Shown here in pieces: positions 13,000 to 25,558 of a DNA stretch of 64,000 nucleotides. The translations under genes and the position numbers were made by a program. The stretch is from Malacoraja senta (lineage: Eukaryota). The stretch is taken from contig CM075989.1 in the NCBI GenBank assembly GCA_038087875.1, forward strand, positions 20,276,001 through 20,340,000. Reading direction: 5' to 3'. The notes beneath the pieces were generated by a model. That model worked only from the letters and a program-made list of their open reading frames with translations. It was not told the origin of the DNA and did not search any database. How positions within the stretch are numbered: the first letter of the stretch is position 1; each line of letters starts with the position of its first letter.

Positions 13000-13620
13000 A
13001 ACTGTCTTGACTTCCCTACTCCGTTACCCACTCTAATTTCACCCCCTCTGAACGCGCAGCCCATCATTCACTGAGCAACAGTTGTTAAACCCGCTAATAA
13101 GCGAGGTGCCGCTGTGGTCTGGTAGGCTGCCCTGTACAGTGCTGAGGCCAGGCACCAGCTCTCAGACACCTGATCATACTGACCCCTTGACCAAGACTCC
13201 ACGGACAAACAGCAGGCTATCATCTCCCAGAATGTTTCGAATCTCATCACCTCTGGTGATCTGCTCTCCACAGCCTACAACCTTATCGTTCCGCAGCCCC
13301 ACACTACCGGCTTCTATCTCCTCCCCAAGTTCCACAAACAGGACTGCCCTGGCAGACTCATTCTTTCCGCCTGCTCCTGCCCCAGAGATCTCATGTCCAT
13401 GTACCTTGATTGGATCCTATACCCCCCTAGTTCAGTCCTTTCCCATCTACATCTGAGAAACCTCACACACCCTTCAACTGCTCAATATTTTATTATTTCC
13501 ATGCCTTCATTGCCTCATCGTTACCATGGATGTCCAGTCCTTTTACACCTCCATCCCCCTCCACCAGGAAGGTCTCAAGGCCGTCTGGTTCTTCCTTGAA
13601 CAGAGACCCAATCAACGCAT
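13000..13620 (+). mobile_element. Penelope-like element reverse transcriptase fragment (degenerate)
   Basis: Conceptual translation across frameshifts gives FYLLPKFHKQDCPGRLILSACSCP...YLDWIL.PLVQSFPIYI...TMDVQSFYTSIP.HQEGLKA, matching PLE RT motifs (YxLPKxHK...PGRPI; DVxSLYTSIP). Confidence 0.85.
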
Positions 13621-13696
13621 GTCCACACAAATAAATCATGCTGGGTGTCAGGGGTTATGGGAAAGGGCAGGAAAATGGGGTCAGGAGGTAGAGATA

Positions 13697-13831
13697 CAGT
13701 GCCTTCTATATTGTTTGGGACAAAGACCCATCGTTTATTTATTTGCCTCTATTACAAATCTCAAATTGTGGAGTACAGAGGCAAATAAATAAATGATGGG
13801 TCTTTGTCCCAAAACTTTATGGAAGGCACTG
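13697..13831. mobile_element. Tc1/mariner-type MITE (135 bp, near-palindromic) nested in a CR1 3' end
   Basis: TA|CAGTGCCTTC...GAAGGCACTG|TA with long inverted arms. The flanks rejoin into a CR1 tail. Confidence 0.85.
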
Positions 13832-14793
13832 TAGATCAGCCATGATTGAATGGTGGAGTGGACTTGATGGGTCGAATGGCCTAATTCTGCGCTTATCACT
13901 TATGACCTTATGAAATAGTGTGTGTGAGATGGCAAACAAAGAAATAATCCTTGAGGTTTTCTCTTGCGTATATTTTGACTATAAACAGAAAAGGATTGGA
14001 AGTGCTATTTCATTTTGTGTGTAAAAAAACAAATAGAACCTGGAACATTTTTTTTTTAATCCTTGAAACCTTTGATTTTACACTTGCTATTTTAATAACT
14101 ATACTTCCGAGTTTTACTGCATGTATTTTCCATTTTTTCCGCACATAACACTCAGAAACCAGACATCGGATTTGCTTCTAGACTTCTGCCACGACTTATC
14201 TGCAACCAAACATTAGCATCAGACTTTTTCCCTCACACAAGGGCAGAATATTTGGCCTCAGTTTAGTGCCAAGTAAACAATAACACAGTCAAGATAAGTC
14301 ACAGGATATGATGACAGCGATGTCAACATTTGGAACATGGAAGATGGACACGAAAGAGAAGACAGGATATGGCATTGAGGTCAGACTTCACATTCCATTC
14401 ATCATGTCACATACAGGGTTAGATTTAGCTCTTAGGGTTAAAGGAATCAAGGGATATGGGGGAAAAAGCAGGAACGGGGTACTGATTTTAGATGAACAGC
14501 CATGATCATATTGAATGGCGGTGCTGGCTTGAAGAGCCGAATGGCGTACTCCTGCACCTATTTTTCTATGTTTCTATGTTACTATATGTACTCATTTCAC
14601 ATCATGATTAACTCAACAGAGATTGGAACAGTGAACTTCACCGAGCTCATAGAGAACTACTATGTGTTGCATTGGTTACCCCCCAAAAATGTGGTGATTC
14701 CTAACCACAAGTTATTACTAGCTGCAATATATGCCAAGGACATTGTGTCAAAGAATGTTAATATCATACAAGGGTACATAACATCTGTGGCGG

Positions 14794-15008
14794 TTGGGTT
14801 CAGATCGGGTGATTGCCTTGGCCATTCAATTGGGTTCAGATCGGGTGATTGCCTTGGCCACTCAAGAATTGACCATTTTCTAGCTTAGAAAAACTCCTTT
14901 GTTGCTTTAGCAGTATGTTTGGGATCATTGTCTTGCTGTAGAATGAACTGCCAGCCAATGAGTTTTGAGGCATTTGTTTGAACTTGAGCAGATAGGATGT
15001 GGCTATAA
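14794..15008 (-). mobile_element. Tc1-family transposase fragment
   Basis: Minus-strand reading [40 protein letters not shown] (DD34E region), with a 36-bp tandem duplication of the [10 protein letters not shown] segment. Confidence 0.85.
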
Positions 15009-15643
15009 ATACAACAGTCAATAGAGTTTAATTGTCATATGCACCACGAACAGAACTACAAAATTCCTATGTAGCTTAGATATACGGCATGAAAACAAGC
15101 TCTTCGGACGACCAAGTCCACGCCAACAAATGATAACCTGCACAATAGTTCTATCCTAGAAACCAAGGTTAATTTACAGAAGTCAATTAGCCTACAAACC
15201 TTCCCATCTTCAGAACATGAGAGGAAACCGGAGCACTCGGAGAAAACTCACATAATCACAGGGAGAACATACAAACTCCATACATACTGACCAAGCATGG
15301 TCAGGATTGAACCCAAGTCTCTGGCAACTCTACCACTGCGCCACTGTTCCGCGACTATTTGCTACAGCTTTACAAGCACAGTAAAGGGGGGGGAGATAAA
15401 TAAAAAAATTTAAAGGGGCTTTGTATGTTAGTTCCCTAAAATGGGAGAACTGATCCTTGGAACGGACAGCATGTCTATGCTTTAAATACGTACGACAGAA
15501 AATAGGCAAATTCATTGGCTGCAACCTCCCTTTTTCAGCAGAAAAGTTTTTGTTTTTTTAATAGAAAATTAATTTCCACCAAGGCAGCACGATTGTATTT
15601 TGAATGACTTCTGACCGTATCCATGATAGTTTGAACACTACTT

Positions 15644-15790
15644 CAGGGCTGTCAACTCTCACGCATTGAGCGTGAGACTCACGCATTTCGACAAATTCTC
15701 ACGCTCTCACGCTGATCACAAATTTCTCACGCTCTGTCGTGAGAAATTCTGTGATCAACGAGAATATCAAAACTCATATCAACTGCATGG
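15644..15790 (+). mobile_element. Probable hAT-like DNA transposon end with TCTCACGC subterminal repeats
   Basis: Begins CAGGGCTGTCAAC followed by several (t)ctcacgc repeats. No matching right end found. Confidence 0.45.
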
Positions 15791-16647
15791 GCCGCGGGTG
15801 TTGGAGAGCCGGGGCGGAGGGAGGGATGGAAGCAGAAGCAGCGGCGGGGACAGATGCGGACGGGGAGCCGGGGCTGCCGAGTGTTTGCCGGGCTGGCGAG
15901 TGTTTGGAGGCTAGCGAGTCGCTCGCTGCAGCTCTGGCCATGGAGCAGCCTCAGTGCAAGAGTCCCGGGCCTTCGGAGGCGTCGGAAGCGTTGCACCGCT
16001 GCCTTTAGTCTCTTTGACAAATTCACCCTGGTGACCGGCATGGATCAGGCAGCGTCTCTGGAGAGAAGGATTGGGTGACGTTTCTGGTCGTGACCCTTCT
16101 AAGGGTCTCAACCCGAAACCTTTAGAAGGGTCTCGACCCGAAACGTCACCCATTCCTTCTACCAGCGATGCTGCCTGTCCCGCTGAGTTGCTCCAGCATT
16201 TTGTGTCTCTCTTCGGTTTAAACCAGCATCTGCAGTTCCTTCTCACACAATGAGACCCAACAAGACAACATTGAAGCTAGTACCACACGGGTGGGGGAGG
16301 GACGGAGAGAAAGGGGATGTTAAAGAAATCGATATTCATACTCAATCGGAGAAATTAGTTGTCTTTAAATTGATATTTTGTTCATCTTTAAATGTAAGTC
16401 TTGAATTCATGTATCGCGGGAACAAATAAGCAAAGGCAAGATGGTAAATATAAACTACAAATTAACTTCAGAAAATGAAACATGTAGAGATGAACTTTGC
16501 CCTTCCCTTTACAAAGAATAACCTCAGGGATTATGCAGTAAACGCCATTCAAATACTCTGCAATCTTGCGATAATATTGTTCATGTTCAAATCCGATAGG
16601 TAAGTCTTGATTTGTTCAATATTATAATTAGTTCAAAGATAGCAACT

Positions 16648-16905
16648 GGCCCTTCGGCCCCTCGAGTCCGTGCCGACCATCGATCACCCGTTCACACTGG
16701 TTCTATGTTATCCCACTTTCTCATCCACTCCCTACACACTAGGGGGCAATTTACAGAGGGCCATTAATCTACAAACCCGCACGTCTTTGGGATGTGGGAG
16801 GAAACCGGAGCACCCGGAGGAAACCCATGCGGTCACAGGGAGAACGTGCAAACTCCACACAGACAGCACCCGAGACCAGGATCGAACCCAGGTCTCCGGC
16901 GCTGT
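16648..16905 (-). mobile_element. V-SINE (HE1-like) copy
   Basis: Reverse complement of the SINE at 61094-61388 (ggatcgaacc B-box; gggaggaaaccggagcacccggaggaaacccatgcggtcacagggagaacg core). Confidence 0.85.
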
Positions 16906-17824
16906 GGGGCATTATTGTAATGCTAATACTTGGGCCCCCTCTGATATGCCGGGATGATTACCCAATATCACTGAATATTAATCCATTGTATTATTGATTA
17001 TATATGTTACGCCCGTTCTCCTTTATCTGTACATTGTGAGCGGCTTGCTTGCATTTACCGGATAGCACGCAATTAAAGCTTTTCCCTGTACCTCGCTACA
17101 GGTGGCAATAGTAAATTAAATCAATCTATTTACATGTATCTGTGTGTTGTTGCTTTAACCGGCCTGTTAAGGTGCAGCAACTGCGAATGTCATTGTTCTG
17201 ATGTCACTGCACGCGACAACTAAACACTCTTGTCTTCATTCTACACTTGAAATTACCACAATGACATTTAAACGGCATTTGGACAGGTACATGTGGAGGA
17301 AGGAACTGCAGATGCTGGTTTAAACCAATATACACAAAGTGCTGGAGTAATTCAGCGGGTTAGGCAGCATCTCTGGAGGGAAGCAATGGGAGATGTTTCA
17401 GGTCGAGACCCTTCTTCAGACTCAAGGTCTGGTTAATTGGCTTGGTATAAGTGTAAATTGTCCCTAGAGTGTGTAGGATAGTGTTAATGTGCGGGGATCG
17501 CTGGTCGGTGTGGACTCGGTGGGCCGGAGGGCCTGTTTCCGCGCTGTATCTCTAAACTGAACCCTGTCCGGCTAGCAGGGCTGTGTAGGGCCGAGTGCCG
17601 GGACATGGTGACATCTGGCTCTGATCTCCACAAAGCCAATCACGTATCGAACAGCGCCGCAGATCAATGGGCCTCTGGTGCTTGGAGTCGGTCCACAGAC
17701 CCAGAGAGGAAATTGGATGTTATTCCATCTTGTTGTGTCAATCGGCGATTGGGAGAGTGGGCTGGACAACAAGTGACGCAGCTGGTCGCAGCTCCCCTGA
17801 TCTACGCTATTCCCACGCACTTAT

Positions 17825-17987
17825 GGGCCTGTCCCACTGAGGCAACTCTTTAGGTGACTGTCAGGGATTAGTTTTACTAGCATTCACCTACGACACCTCG
17901 CTACATCCTACGACAACCTCCGACATCAAAAATTGTTGCCACTGTCGCTTGTAGTCGCCCAAAAGATCGACTAAGTGGGACAGGCCT
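17825..17987. mobile_element. MITE with GGCCTGTCCCACT terminal inverted repeats (possibly PIF/Harbinger-like)
   Basis: gggcctgtcccact at the left end and agtgggacaggcc at the right end. Superfamily assignment is inference. Confidence 0.6.
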
Positions 17988-18145
17988 TTCAGGCTGCGGT
18001 TCGGTGCCTCTTGGAGGACAACCAGTGGCTGCTGGAAGTAGGTACCAAGCACTGGGTAGAAAAGGTGGAAGATAGTGGCCTTCAAATGGGGGTGGTTGGA
18101 GAAAGCATCCTGCTTGCCTGCTAGAATTTCACTTACTGTAACTGC

Positions 18146-18480
18146 AGGAAAAATGTTCCCGATGTTGGGGGAGTTCCGAACCAGGGGTCACAGTTTAAGA
18201 ATAAAGGGTAGGCCAGTTAGGACTGAGATGATGACAAACTTTCTTCACCCAGAGAGTTGTGAATCTGTGGAATTCTCTGCCACAGAAGGCAGTGGAAGCC
18301 AATTCACTGGATGTTTTCAAGAGAGTTACATTTAGCTCTTGGGGCATGCGAAATCAAGGGATATGGGGAGAAAACAGGAAAGGTACTGATTTTAGATGAA
18401 TAGCCATGATCATATTGAATGGCAGTGCTGGCTCGTAGGGCCGAATGGCCTATTCCTGCACCTATTTTCTATGTTTCTAT
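18146..18480 (+). mobile_element. CR1-type LINE 3' end
   Basis: TRGHSLRIKG...FxxQRVVNLWNSLP ORF2 C-terminus, 3' UTR gggccgaatggcctattcctg and (tctatgtt)n tail. Similar copies near 14420, 26050, 27915, 36840, 51955, 62085 and 62835. Confidence 0.88.
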
Positions 18481-21381
18481 GCTTGAGTATATGGCAATAA
18501 AACTCGACCACTTGATTTTGAAGCATTCATGCATGGTGGAGGTAGAATGTAGTCATAGAGTGATACAGTGTGAAAACAGGCCCTTCGGCGCAACTTGTCC
18601 ACATCCGCCAACATGTCACAGCTACACTACCTGCTTTTGGTCCATATCCCTCCAAACCTGTCCTATCCATGTATCAGTCTAACTGTTTCTTAAATGTTGG
18701 GATAATCCCTGCCTCCACTACCCCCTCTAGCAGCTTGTTCCATACACCCACCACCCTTAAAAAGTTACCTCTTACAAATACTTCAAACAAAAAACATTGA
18801 AATCATAGTTCTACAAAGCACTAAAACATGAATTTAATACATCAAATTTCAAAAAGTCCCTACCGTGGAGGGGGAACACCCCCCTCCCACACCCTCCCCC
18901 CCACTTGGTTGCTCCACTCCCTCGCCGGGTTCCCCCAAGGCCAGTGATCAGTGATCGCTCAGCCCTCCCACTTTCAAAAACGCTCCGTGGCCTCTGGTTC
19001 AGACAGAAAGCACTGCCAGATGTGAGCGGGGAACTGAGGAAAGTTGTCCGTGATGTCTGGATCCCAATGCTCAGCATTTCGTGTTTCGGAGTTGGCTAAT
19101 GTTTTTGATTTGTAATTAGCCTGATTTGTAATTAATTGACAAAACCTAAATTTATTAATCCGGAATATCCAGGGGGATGGGATAAGTGTAATATTAAAAT
19201 GACATGCAAGGTGTCAGGCTGTCTGTCACAACATACAGCCCCGATAACCCATTATTTCCTTCAGTTAAATATTGGGAAGGTAGCACTATTGTCATTTGCC
19301 ACTCAACTATTATGTTTGTTTACCTCACTGACTATTTCTAAACCCCCTCCCCAAATTTCCTTGACAGGTTGAATAGAAATGTCCCCAATCTCATTGTTTT
19401 ATTAATTGAACACGTAGATCAACATCCTCAAAGAGTGTAACCAGATGGAAACTGATTCAGATGCGATATTTAAGAGCTTGTTCAAAGAACGGTCATATTT
19501 TAAAGGAGTGACAGAGATACTTGCAGGGGAATGTGTGAGGAGGTTATTATTTGTCTTTAGTTTTAGCTTGAACCAGGACATCTGAAGATTCAAAGTTTAA
19601 TATACTAATTGTACTGATACCGACACCAACCAACCACGTAATGAATATCATCCATTCCGGAGGTTTTATTTTTATGATGCCATTTAAAATTCACTTGGAT
19701 TTCAATCACTTCAATGTAAAAGAAATTGGGAATGGGGAGCATTGGAACAAAAATTTGCCCTCGGTACATATTAACTGTAATATAATAATGTATGCATGTT
19801 GGTAGGTGCAATCAAAACAAAGATCTTTTTATCATAGTTGTGTTATGAATACCACAGAAAATATTATGTACTCTCAGGATCACATTTAATAGAATAATAT
19901 TGCTTAAATATATAGTTATTGGATTTTGTGTTTCGAAAAAGTCCCAGCTGAGAGTCCCAGCAAAATACTGAAAATATTGGGGGTGAAAATGACTTCAGGA
20001 CAGTTTGTTAGGAAATAGAATACTTATACAGCTGAGTATAATTTTATGGATGAGAAATTTTGTTCAACCAATTGATGACTTCTTTGACAAAGTAACTAGC
20101 ATGTTAGATAACAAGGAAGCCAATGGATGTAGCAAATTTTGTTATACAAAATTTGGTCCGTGAAGTGCCCCATAAAAGATCACCCCATTAGATAAGCACC
20201 TGCGGACTTGAACGTAATAGGTTAAGTCCAGGGGGTCAGATATAGGGCTTTATGTGTGGGCCAGATATATTGTCAGTGCGGAGGAGCTAGGAGCAAGGCC
20301 ACGTGTGCATCCAGACTCTAGGTCTGGAATAGTACTAGGTGTGCAGTCAAAGCTGGGACAATGGGAGTGTTCAGCACTGGGAACCTAAGCAGGTAAGCAG
20401 CTAAGATCAGGGTAAAATAGGGGGCCAGGTGTAAGACTGGACTCAGGGTCAGGAATGAGAGAAGGTATGCAACTGGAGTCAGGGTTAGGAGTTAGGTGTG
20501 CAGTGAGACCTAGGTTGGTCAACATGGGCCAAGTGTGTTATAATCTGATTTCCATACATGAATATACTAAGATCATTCATGTGCTGCACCTGTTGATCAG
20601 AGCCTGGCTCTACAATGGAATGTAATTAGGAATGTAATTTAGCCTAATCTTATTCATAGCTAATCCAATATAAAACATAAATATTGCATTCAAGTGTAAA
20701 TTAAAAGACTAGCTACAGTATGCACCAGATTGCACAATTTCAAGCTGAAAAATGCAAAAGCTCGGTAGGGGGGTGGGGGGACACCCCTGTGTCCTTGGCA
20801 GCCCTGCTACTTTAAAACCCCTAGCCAAACACTGTCCACCAATATGTGCCAGATATTTTGTGTTACTTTGGTGTCATGCACACTTGGCCACTGTGCACAC
20901 ACGAGCCATGACGGAACTAAACAGTGTAACCGTGTTGCACTCGTGACAGTCCTTGCGCACCTCGTGACATAAACCCAATTAAAATATCTTTAAAACGTTT
21001 GAAAACTATGACGAACGTAAACGACTGGGTAAGAGTAGTCTGTCGATTAGGGGAATGTATGCAGTTCGTCAAATAAACCAAATCAATTGCGTTATATGTA
21101 AAATGAGTGATTGAATTGACGGAATTTTCGTGGACGGGTGTCGACTTACACCATGTTATGTTCGTGTCGAACATAACACAACTGATCGCGTCTTGTCAGA
21201 TGGATATTTCAGAAAAGCTGAACTCGACATTGTTTCATCATTAAGCATCCCAAACAGTAAAATAGAGACATAAGGAACTGCGGCTGATGGTTTAAAAACA
21301 CACACACCAAGTGCTGGAGTAACTCAGTGGATTACTCAGCCAAGTTGCTTAAACCGCGGTAAAGTTGCGAGGGCTCTCTAC

Positions 21382-21437
21382 CTTTCATTTTCTGACACCT
21401 GCAACAACTGCTGCGGCGGCGTGGCGCCGTCCTCCAT
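21382..21437 (-). CDS. GALK2: GALK2 coding exon 1 (MEDGATPPQQLLQVSENER)
   Basis: ATG in gggATGG context within a CpG-rich stretch. The 56 coding nt end AG|gtagag, and phase 2 joins exon 2 in frame. Resembles the GALK2 N-terminus. Confidence 0.85.
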
Positions 21438-22902
21438 CCCTCTTCCTCGTGGGAGGGGTTCTGTCCTGCCTTGAAATCACCCCCGGCGCTGGTTTCCCTG
21501 GTCTGGGGGCGAGGAGGCGTCCTACCCTGTTCTGGGATTCCTTCCCCCGGTATCTCCTTGCACAGGGTATGGAAGCACCTTGTCTTGACTCCTCGCACAG
21601 CCGAGAGCGAGGAGATGCCTTGGCTCGGGATTCCCCTGGAGGCTCCTTGTCCTGTCGTGGGATCCTTGCACAGCTGAGGGCGAAGAGGTGCCCTGTCCTG
21701 ATCTGGGATCCCTCCCCCCCTAGCTCCTTGTGCAGACGCTCTATCGTGGCTTGGAACTCCTCCGGCGGCTCCTTGCTCTGCCCTGGACCACCCCTACGCC
21801 AGTCTCCTGGCACGGCCGAGGGTGGGAAGGTGGGTGCCCTGTCCTGGCTTGCGATTCACCTGGCGGCTCCTTGCCCTGTCCCTACTCCAGGCTACCTGCA
21901 CAGCCGAGGGTGAGGAGGTGCCCTGTCCTGGTCCGGGATTCCTCCCCCGTAACTCCTTGCACAGCCGAGGGTGTGCAGACGGCCTGTCCTGCCTTTAGGA
22001 TTGCCCCTGGCGCCTCCAGTCCTTGCCCTGTCCCTACGCCAGTCTCCTTGCACAGCTGAGGGTGAGGAGGTGCCCGGGCCGACGTCCCCACGACTCCTGG
22101 CACAGCCGAAGGTTTTTGTTCTGTAGACGTGGGGAGGGGTTCTCTCCTGCCTTGAAATCACCTCCTTGTCTTATCCCTACTCCCCCTTCCCCACTCCTCC
22201 TTGCCCTGTCCCCACTCTCCCCTTGCCCTGTCCCCACTCCCCCTTGCCCTGTCCCCACTCCCCCTTGCCCTGTCCCTGTCCCCACTCCAGGCTACTTGCA
22301 CAGCCACAGTACAGGGTGTGCAGACGCTCTGTCCTGCCTTGGGCTCTCCCCCTGCGGCTCCTTGCCCTGTCCCTGTCCCTGTCCCCACTCCAGGCTACTT
22401 GTGGAGCTGAGGTTTTCGAGCCGCACTCCTTCCTTGGGCCAGGCTCCCAGATCCGCTCACCACGGATATCCTGCCAACCGATGCCGGAATTACCCCGGAG
22501 GGTGTGTGTGTGAAGGAACTGCACATGGCAGCTGCTTTACACCCAAGATATGGACACAAAGTGCTGCAGTAACTCAGCGGGACAGGCAGCATCTCTGGAG
22601 AGTAAAAAATGGGCATCATTTCGGGTCGGGACCCTTCTTCAGACTGAGTATTCAGGAACGGGAACCGCAACCATAAACACGAACCCACTGCGCTAAACTC
22701 CAATATAACGTCCGCCCCCATCCCCATCCCCTCCCTTTGCAGATGTTTTGTTATTGTTTAACATTTCCCCTCAGAAGCCCAGCACAGGCCCCGCTTCCGC
22801 CGGGTTGCTAGGGCGGGTGTCACAGGCAGCAGCTTCCCCCGGTCGGCGCCGGGGGGGGATGGTGAAGGGGAGCGCACTCACACACGCCAAACTACTCCCA
22901 AG
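21438..22902. promoter_or_regulatory. Bidirectional GALK2/COPS2 promoter region, CpG-rich, with an internal GC-rich repeat array
   Basis: About 1.46 kb between divergent ATGs, with CpG enrichment at both ends. Near COPS2 there is an ETS-like cttccg, an RFX-like gttgctaggg and GC boxes. Confidence 0.8.
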
Positions 22903-22956
22903 ATGTCTGACATGGAGGATGACTTTATGTGCGATGATGAGGAGGACTACGACTTG
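22903..22956 (+). CDS. COPS2: COP9 signalosome subunit 2, exon 1 (MSDMEDDFMCDDEEDYDL)
   Basis: ATG at 22903, 54 nt, gtaggg donor. Matches the vertebrate CSN2 N-terminus. Confidence 0.98.
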
Positions 22957-25405
22957 GTAGGGCTCTCGTGTCCGCGGTTTACCGCGTAGAATTAGATCTC
23001 GTTTTCTTTTGGAGGTAGTTCCTGGCGGCTGAGGGTGGAGAGGCCGGTTTTATCCTTCCTCCTGCAGCAGGAGCTGTGGCTGCTGTGTGTGTGTGACCGA
23101 ACTCCAACATTTCAACCTTACTACCTGCAGGCGGAATCTCAGTACGAATTAAAACGCAGCTGGGGTTGTTCTGCCTTTCATTTCTTTCAAATCCATACTA
23201 TTCCGGGTGGTGTTTTAGTTGCTGATTCCCAGATATCTGGTAACCTTGTGAGACGGGCCTAGCCCGCTGGGTTAGGCCGAAATAGATTGGGCCTATTCTT
23301 GTTTCAAGAGACCCAATACTTCAAAATTATCTCACGGTGTCTCTTGTACGATTGCTATTAATTCTAATTATGTAGGTTCCAGTACGGAAATTGTGAGTTT
23401 CAACGTGTCAGTTGATCTAGGGCCTCAATCTCCCTGAACATAAATAATCTACTGTGTTTTATACAATTGTCATTAGTTCCATTCATATTGGTTCTAGTAT
23501 GAAAATTGTGAATCGCCAATGCCATCTCATTTAGGGCCTCCTAATTTGCCTGAACATAAACAATGTACTACAACAATCTCTGAATACTTATACTGAAATT
23601 GTAATAATAACTAAGCTATTGGTGTTAGTCTGTAATGTTTTGAAACTGCAGCTCTCTGTCATACATGCATTCGGTACATTTTGTCATATTTATCAAAATG
23701 TGTATTTGTCTGTTACTTATGTGTATTATCACAAATTCTTTTGAAATCAAAATTAAGCAGTTAATCAAAATTAAATCAAATGTGACTTTTATATAACCTC
23801 AATGTTTCTATAATTTCAATTTAAATCAAGTGTTTTTTGCCTTCATAGAATTGATCGTTTTGCAAAATAATAGTAGTCAGATTTATGAAAATGAATCGTA
23901 ATGAATTTGAACAGCGTTAATACGCTATCGACATTGTCATTGAATTTTAGGGAAATGTACTCAAACTAGGATTGTGCAAGCTTTATTGACAGAAAAGCAA
24001 TTTAGTAGTTAATCCATTGATGGAGATTATTGTTTATGACATAATCTGTTGAAATCACCACTGTCACAATTCACCTTATGTATATATAGATAAGTTTTGA
24101 AAGTCCTAATTCAGGATACACTTTCCATGATATTGAGGGTGTAAAATTTAGTAAACATGCAATAGTGTCACAGTTTGGTCGAATCAAATGATTAATCCAA
24201 AACCGGTACAATCTATGAAATTTGCTGCAGATACAATTTTCATAAGATACTCTTAGAATGTGGTTATTTTAGACATCCCAGTCTCTGTGCCCCTCATTTC
24301 AAAAGATTAATTGTTTGTTTGAAGGATATTTTTAAAATGTGAATATCTGGGGCGAAAATAATTGTATTCTAGGTTTAGTTGTGTAATAATGCAAATTTTT
24401 CAAGGAACTGCCAGTATTTCATTTTATGCATTTCACCAGGGGTTCTTTTACAAAGGATTATCACTAATGTTCTTTCATCCATTCTTTATTTGAACGGAAT
24501 ACCTTTCACTCATTAGTTAGCAAATTTATTTTAATTATGAATCAATGTGCAGTTTCAGGAAGCTAAATCAGTAAAGGTACTATGTAGTTGCTATTCATTG
24601 GCGGTTCTGTTATCTTTCTATTTTCACTTTCTAGTGTCATCAGATGAATATACTTTCTTGCAAAATCCATTTCCACGTTATTATGCATACACTGAGGAAA
24701 ATTGTAAGGAACTGCAGATGCTGGTTTACACCTAAAATAGACACAAAATGAATTGAAGGTAGACAAAAATGCTGGAGAAACTCAGCGGGTGCGGCAGCAT
24801 CTATGGAGCGAAGTAAATAGGCAACGTTTCGGCCCGAAACGTTGCCTATTTCCTTTGCTCCATAGATGCTGCCGCACCCGCTAAGTTTCTCCAGCATTTT
24901 TGTCTACCTTCGATTTTCCAGCATCTGCAGTTCCTTCTTGAACGAAATGAATTGAATTTAATACTTTATTGTCACATGTGACAAAGTCACTGTGAAATTC
25001 TTTGCTTACATACCCAAAGTATGCAAATAGTCGCCTATCGGTGCTTATAAAATGCTGGAGTAACTCAGCGGGTCAGGCAGCATCTCTAGAGAAAAGGAAT
25101 AGGTGACGTTTTGGGTTAAGTCTGATGATAACATTAAGATACTCTTTAAGAGTAGTAACTTTTGACGTCCAAGTCTCTTCGGCCCTTCGGGTCTGATGAA
25201 GGGTCTCGACCGCAAAAACGTCATCTATCCCTTTTCTCCAGAACCTGCTAATTTACTCCAGCATTTGGAGTCTAAAATTGTAATCCTAACTTGTTTGAAT
25301 GTTGAAGCAGAGAGCTGTTAGTTATAACACTTCCGCATAATACAGTTAGTTATTTCACATCCTCTAATCTCAAAATGGTTTTCCAAATATTTTGGTTGGA
25401 CATGA

Positions 25406-25558
<153 letters not shown>

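Noticed and set aside
21332..22727. Cluster of overlapping 70-217 aa ORFs between GALK2 and COPS2
   Set aside because: They arise from a GC-rich repeat array, and no protein family is recognisable. The only supported coding part is GALK2 exon 1.
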